Shown piece after piece: positions 57,450 through 64,000 of a stretch of 64,000 bases of DNA. Position 1 is the first letter of the stretch; each line of letters starts with the position of its first letter. Location of the stretch: positions 186,001 to 250,000 of the forward strand of contig CT868022.1 of assembly GCA_000165425.1 (NCBI GenBank). The letters run 5' to 3'. Origin of the DNA: Paramecium tetraurelia (lineage: Eukaryota). Under the pieces are notes generated by a model, which was not told the origin of the DNA, searched no databases, and saw only the letters and a list, made by a program, of their open reading frames with translations. The position numbers were made by a program, and so were the translations under genes.

Positions 57450-58690
57450 ATGTAAAAAGAAAGAGAGATAATTGATAAAACATTTTGCTGAAGCTAAGTA
57501 TTTTGATACCAATGATGAGAAATTGATAAAGGAGTAAGCAAAGAAAAGAGGGAGATGAAAAAATCTAATAGGATTGAATAGTTTTATATAGAGAATTGGG
57601 AAAATAACTCTATTTGGAAATTAACAATCGTTTGTTAGATTATTTCACAAAGTGTTAGAGCAGTATTAGTAAATGAGATTAATATCATTAATGAAAAGAA
57701 CTGAGATTAAGAAAATAATAGAATGATTACTTCAGTTGATTTATGATAATAATAAAATATGAATAAATATACTAATATAGTATTAGGTGAAACAGATCAA
57801 AAGTTTAGTTGGAATGTTAATGCATGAAATTTCTTTAAAAAATTAATAATTGAAGTGCAGGGCTTGAATATTTGGAGTGATAAATTATAATATGAAAAAA
57901 CTTAATTATAAATCAATTCAATAAAATGTCAATTAGTTAATTGCTACATATATAGCTTCAAGGTGATTGGATATTAAGAATTTAAGAACTCTCTATTTTA
58001 TATTCCCTAAAAAGGTTCCTGATATTTATAACCATCAAATTCTAAATACCGTAAGAACATGAAATTTTCTTGTGGTTGCATATTCAGTGATGTGGATATA
58101 GGATTTGAAACTTTCTATATGTTACTAAGAAGAATTGAATTATCAAGACAAATTGTACAAGAGAGAATTAGATTGAATTACAAATTTGGATGATCAACAT
58201 AAATGGTGAGAAAGAAAAATAAAATAGTCTGAGATCATGAAATTCTACATTAGGCTCTTAAAGATGGAACAATTCGAAAGTAGTTTGGATTCGATGAAGA
58301 AGAGACCAAGAAATAAAAAAAAAATAAAAAAAAATAGAATAATCCAGGAAAACTAGAAAATCTAGTAAAAATTCAAAATCTTCCCCTACTGTGACTTTGG
58401 CTGAACCTAAAATGACTATTATTTGATAATTTAGATGGTAGGATTTTCAACATAATGAAAATGATGAAAATTAAGCTTCCACTGTAGCTATTTGATAATC
58501 AAAGAGGGATCAAGCCGCATAGTATTTTTAGGAATATATGAGATGATAATTAAGGAGCTGGATTCAAATATAACTGTTTGGCTTAGACTACTAATAGGAA
58601 AAGTGTTGTTAAATTTGTGGATGATGCCTAATATTAGTCTAATGAGCAGGAGAAGAAATAATGTGATTCTTTATTTATATATATGATCAT
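57450..58690 (+). pseudogene. Degenerate gene remnant
   Basis: ATG at 57450 followed by coding-like fragments broken by TGA stops and frameshifts. Confidence 0.35.
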
Positions 58691-58782
58691 ATAATAATGA
58701 GAGGGCTATGCTTAGTTTTAGTTTATAATGCGAACATTTTGAAATAAATTAAAAAAGATTTTAATTTTTTCTTGAAACAATT

Positions 58783-59691
58783 ATGGTAAAAACTATGTCG
58801 ATGTCAATTTTAGGCAAGAGGACCAAAGAAACACATGAAAAGAATCACAGCACCCAAAAGTTGGATGCTTTCAAAATTAGGAGGAAATTGGACCACAAGA
58901 CCATCATAAGGACCTCATAAATTAAGAGAATCAATTCCACTTTCTGTCATATTGCAACATAAATTGAAATATGCCTTGTATGCTAGAGAATCTACCATGA
59001 TACTCGCTGATAAGGACGGCAACATTAAGGTTGATGGAAAAGTGAGAACTGATAGTGGATATCCAGTCGGATTATAGGGTATCTACTTTTCATATCATCC
59101 TTATAGATGTCATCACAATTGATAAAACAAGAGAAAGTTATAGAGTTTTATATGATGTTCAAGGCAAATTCATCTTAAAATCCATCAAACCAGAAGAAGC
59201 TAAATTCAAGCTTGTTAAAGTCACCTAAAAGAAGGTTGGTCCAAACAATGTCCCATACATTGTCACCAATGATGCCAGAACCATCAGATATCCAAATCCA
59301 GATATTCATGTTAATGACACTCTTAAAATCGATTTAGAATCAGGAAAGGTTGTTGAATTCCTCAAAGAAGAACCAGGTATTTCAAAATTACTATTCATTT
59401 TAGGAAACTTATGTTACATCATTGGAGGTAACAATATTGGAAGAGTTGGACTCATTCAACACAGAGAAAGACATCTTGGATCATTTGATATTGTCCATGT
59501 TAAAGTAATCATTCATTTCAACATATCACTAGGATTCTAACGGAAAACACTTCTCCACCAGAATCAATAATATCTTCACTATTGGTAAAGGCAAAAAGTC
59601 ATTGATCTCCCTCCCAGACGATAATGGTTTGTATTTGACTGCACTTGAAAAAAAATAAGCCAAAGATCACTAGGAAGTTGGAAAGGAATGA
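58783..59691 (+). CDS. RPS4: 40S ribosomal protein S4 (eS4)
   Basis: [31 protein letters not shown]; first coding exon is only ATG (intron 58786-58813); three further tiny introns. Confidence 0.98.
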
Positions 59692-59873
59692 TGATTCATT
59701 AAAACATATCAGTATAGTACAAAATTATCTATCTAATCATTTATCCTTAGTTTTCTATTCTCTTCATTAATATTATTAGACTGTCTATCTGTCCATATTT
59801 TTAAATGAAAAATAGAGAAATAGATTAAGGGTTTTCAACTTGATCTTTATACAATTAATTAATATATATTAAA

Positions 59874-60844
59874 TCATTTCTTAGATCTTATCCAAAGTGT
59901 TGTTCCTAACACTATAAATATTGAAACTTCAGAAAATAAGAAATGACAGTAAGTTTCGATGAATCTAATTATTATAATTAGTTAATACTGCTCTTGGTAG
60001 CATAAGTAAAAAAAGAAACAAAGAAGGCAAAATTAACTCATGAGTACAACGAACATGATCCACTTCTAATTTATGATTCTTTTAAATGTCTCATTTCCAT
60101 TACTATAATATTTTGAGCATTCTAAGTTCAGTTTTGATATTTGGTATAGTTCATTTATACCCAAATAGAGGAATAATAGGCTGCCATTAAATAAAATGAG
60201 TCTAAATATTGTTATTGTAATAATTACTTCACAAATATTAGTACTACAGTCATAAAACTTTCAAGTAATCTTAGTGAATAAACAATATTTAATAACATAA
60301 AGATTAATAAGGAGATCTTCATCATAATGTTTGCAGAGCACATCAATTTGTTGTGTTCTTTGTAATTTTGCGAACATATCCAACAAAACTCATATTAACA
60401 TTTACATGTCATATGATTACATCCCCCATTTTTAAAAATTCTTCTTTGGCATTTCGGACAATCCTTTATAGTGATAAAATTCAAAAATATGCTTCTTAAA
60501 TTCCAATTCTCATCTTTTAACTTGAATTGATATCCGCATTCACACTCAAATTACTAGCAATTATTCTTTATTATTCCACCATATTAGCAATCATTTCGAG
60601 GACATATTCTTATATCCTAAGTAGTTTTAATGTATTTCTCAAGCATGAGATCATTTAATCCCTCCATGTTTTGCATCAATCCTTATACTGAGTGTTTGCT
60701 TTGGCAAGAACCGGGACAATGAATTTCCTCAATCACTTCATAATACTTTGCATCAATTGATTTAAGCATACAGCATTAACAGATTTGACAACTGCATTGC
60801 AATTCCAAAAGTTCTGTCGTATCACAACAAATAGAGCATTCCAT
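59874..60844 (-). CDS. RBR (RING-IBR-RING) E3 ligase with C-terminal TM helices
   Basis: MECSICC RING1, IRICPRNDC IBR, CPKC..KNGGCNHMTCKCQYEFCWIC RING2. Confidence 0.88.
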
Positions 60845-61189
60845 TTTATTCAGAATAAAACAGAATATATAAAATATAAATTTTTTGAACTCTTATAATT
60901 CAATTAAAAAACTCTAGCATTCTACCATTATAGGATAATAACATATCTAATTAATTAACATCTTACTGTTATAATTTATCGCCTATTAAAATCTCAAAAA
61001 TTATCTACAATTTTATAGTTTAAAAATTATCATAAGACAAAGAAGAATTTTGATCAATTGTGCAATTTTAAAGACCCTATAATTAAACAAAAATAAACTG
61101 AAAAATCTGATATTATAATAATAATAGATAATAAAGATTTTTAATTTAGCGCATAACACATTCCATTTGTTCAATAATTAAATAAAAGA

Positions 61190-64000
61190 ATGAAATAATT
61201 CTCTAAAATGTTAAAGCCTCATGATTTAATTAATCTTTAGAATATAGATTCAAATTTTCAGAAATACTAATTAGTTAGAAATTGTTTTAGATTGAACATT
61301 AATAAGAGTCATTTTGATTAACTACAATAAATCTTAGGATAAACATAGGAATTATTGAATTCTTCTGACTTAGGATTAAAGAATCATCTTCGAGGAGGAG
61401 GCTGTTTAGTTTGCAAGTGCTAAAATACAAATATTAAATATTAATATCCTTCTCATTCCCATTCGTAATATATTACTTAGGTGAATGAACCTAAAAAGAT
61501 TTTGGAAGTTAAAGAAATCAAAAAGAAATTAATCGAACATTTCAATTAGAATTCCTAGTTCAAATAATTCATATCAGCGGTAACAAATTGTGATGATGAT
61601 TGTGTCATTTTTACATATTAAACAATATCGATTTATCTTGAAATGTTGTAGAAACAGGAATTTCTCAAAATAGAAAAAAATCAACTCTTTCCAATTTATG
61701 AATCTATTTAATAAATATCTTAGGATACAGAATGGAAAAAAATAATGTTTTAATTTTATTTCGACTTGTTACAATAAGCAAATGAATTTGGAACAAAATC
61801 TAATGATCAAATATATGGGCTACTAAGTGACTTCAGTAAATAGGAATAATACACTTAAAACTAATGGGATTAATTAAAAAAGCAAAAAGACAAGTTTAGC
61901 TCTTATGAAACTTTTTATTTTTATTAAGCATACCTGAATAAATTAATCTAGCCTAATAATTTTGGAATTTCGTTGGATACTTTTGCTAATGATTTTATTA
62001 ATAATTAAGATTAAAAGAAATAGATAAATAGCTATCAACTTTTGATAGCAGCATAACTTAATTTGATGTATATATTTAATTTAACAAAATAAAATTAGTA
62101 GTTAAACAACTTTATAAAAACAGTTTATGAAGTAAAATAGATAATTACAAAAGATGATGAATACTTTGTCAATTCGATCATAAAATAATAAGACAAAGGT
62201 TATGAAGAAATTTAGATTTGGTTATCATATCACTTTCTCATTCTAGAACATACTTCCATCCTTAATAAGAGTATTTAAGACCATATTACACAATTTTTTG
62301 AGATTTTGAAAATATATAAAGATAAGGATTTTTTGGAGTAATTGAATTGTATGAAAAATAGATTGGATTAAAAAAATAATTAATTATAAGTAATTAATCC
62401 ACTTGTAAATATAGTTAATGATGGTTTTAAATAGTAATTGAATTATAAAGATTAATTGGATATTGTACGCGAAAAAAAAAAAGACCAAAAATACTAGTAG
62501 AAATAATATTATATAACTCCTTAAATTAATATCACAACATCTACATCTAAATTAGAGTCAACTTTTGATGAAGAAGTAATAAAAAATCTGTTTGAAGCAT
62601 AGGAAGAAGATATATATTGGTTGTTTGGGAAATTTAAGTCTGGTAAAACAGATTTAACAAAGAAAATAATAGACTATTTATGGAAAAATTCTGATTAGAT
62701 CCCAATTTATTTCGATTTAACTGATATAGAATAAAATAAAGAGAAACCAGCTGAATTTTTAAAAACATCTCTAAAATCTGAACCATTTAACCTTACAGAT
62801 TAGTAGATTTAAGATTGTTTAAACGCAAATGAAAAATTCGTCATCTTTTTAGATTATTTCGATTAAATGAGCTTAGGGTTTAGAAATAGTAATATCATTA
62901 ACATGCTTGGCTATAAAGATAAGAAGATAAATTAAAAATTGGTTATAATTACTAGAGAATAGGTGTAAGACCTGCCATCATATCAGCCCTTAATTTAAAG
63001 AATGATTCGAATTGAATTAAAAGAATTTGATGAAGGGTAAAAGAGAAAATATATTTAATATATCATGAATAAGGAAATTTAAAGCAATTAGATTAACATT
63101 AATGTTTAGTAAATGATTAGTATCAATTTTAATGATGTCTAAATTTTAATCCAGGAAGACCATGTTAGACAGATTAAGATGTAATTAACTCAGGAGAATT
63201 AATAATCCATTTAAAAAATGGTGCAAAATATGTTATAATTAAACTCTATGATGAAGGACTTATTTGTATCTTGTTTTTCCTTTCATTATCAGTTCAAATT
63301 GCTGCTTAAATTAATTACTTAAAAGAACTCTGAAAAATCTCCTTAAAGATTCTAAGAATATAATAAATCCAAAAATTTAGTTGCTCAGTATCAAGAATAA
63401 CAGAAAAAATAATTTAAATAACTATTAGATAGTAATAGTAATTCCTCATCCGACACAAATTCACCCTCTTCCAAAAATGAAGAACCAATTGGGATTAATA
63501 AAATTTTAGATTCTATACTGACAAAAAGCAATCAGAAATATAGACCTTAATAAGAAGACATTTAAAAAAAATAGATTTTAAATCCTTAACTTACAAAATT
63601 TGAATATTTTAATTCTCTTGTTGACTAATATATCTAAGATTCTTTTGAAGCAAGGGAATGTATTTGTTCAACTTATAAAATAACTAAAAAAAAAGTAAGA
63701 GAGTTTTAATCTAATCTGGCATTACTAATTTAATAAAAAGGAAATAACGATTAAGAGTCTTAAAACGAATTAATAAAAATATTTTGTCTATTAAAGTCAG
63801 ATGGAGAAAAGGAAATATTCATCGACGAAAAATTCAAAGATTTTTTTATTGCAAATTTCGTATTAAGTAAAATTAATCAATTTACAATTGATAAGTCAAT
63901 AGAGGAACTTGGTCAATTTAATAATTTGAATTTATGCCAAAACGCTTATGCTGAAGCAGTAGCTTTACTTTCAGATTAACTCTTATTAATATCTGAAATT
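61190..64000 (+). CDS. NACHT/STAND-type NTPase (runs off window)
   Basis: One open frame; Walker A LFGKFKSGKT, Walker B VIFLDYFDQ, VIITRE, IELKEFD, winged-helix-like FIDEKFKDFFIANFV. Confidence 0.75.

Overview
AT-rich, gene-dense eukaryotic DNA read with the ciliate nuclear code (TAA/TAG = Gln, TGA = only stop) and tiny 20-32 nt GT..AG introns, typical of a Paramecium macronuclear chromosome. The supplied ORF track uses the standard code, so it shows only fragments or antisense artefacts. Manual re-translation gives about 35 genes, including an EF-hand/polyQ protein, DEAD-box helicase, SWR1, CDPK7-like kinase, transporters, RING/RBR ligases, ER DnaJ, USP, M14 peptidase, PX-WD40, Pumilio, THUMP methyltransferase, NDUFV1 and RPS4, plus several decayed gene remnants. 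The most striking item is a pore-less voltage-sensor domain (S1-S4) fused to an intact class I cyclic-nucleotide phosphodiesterase (27589-29571, minus), a candidate voltage-sensing PDE. Also notable: a MyTH4-FERM pseudo-myosin with a collapsed motor and an unnamed tail repeat, a NACHT NTPase with an LRGG|GC leader, a GTPase-HSP20 fusion, a PUF protein with an altered recognition code, and a long intergenic hairpin. All gene models were made by eye; exon boundaries are provisional and no database searches were run.
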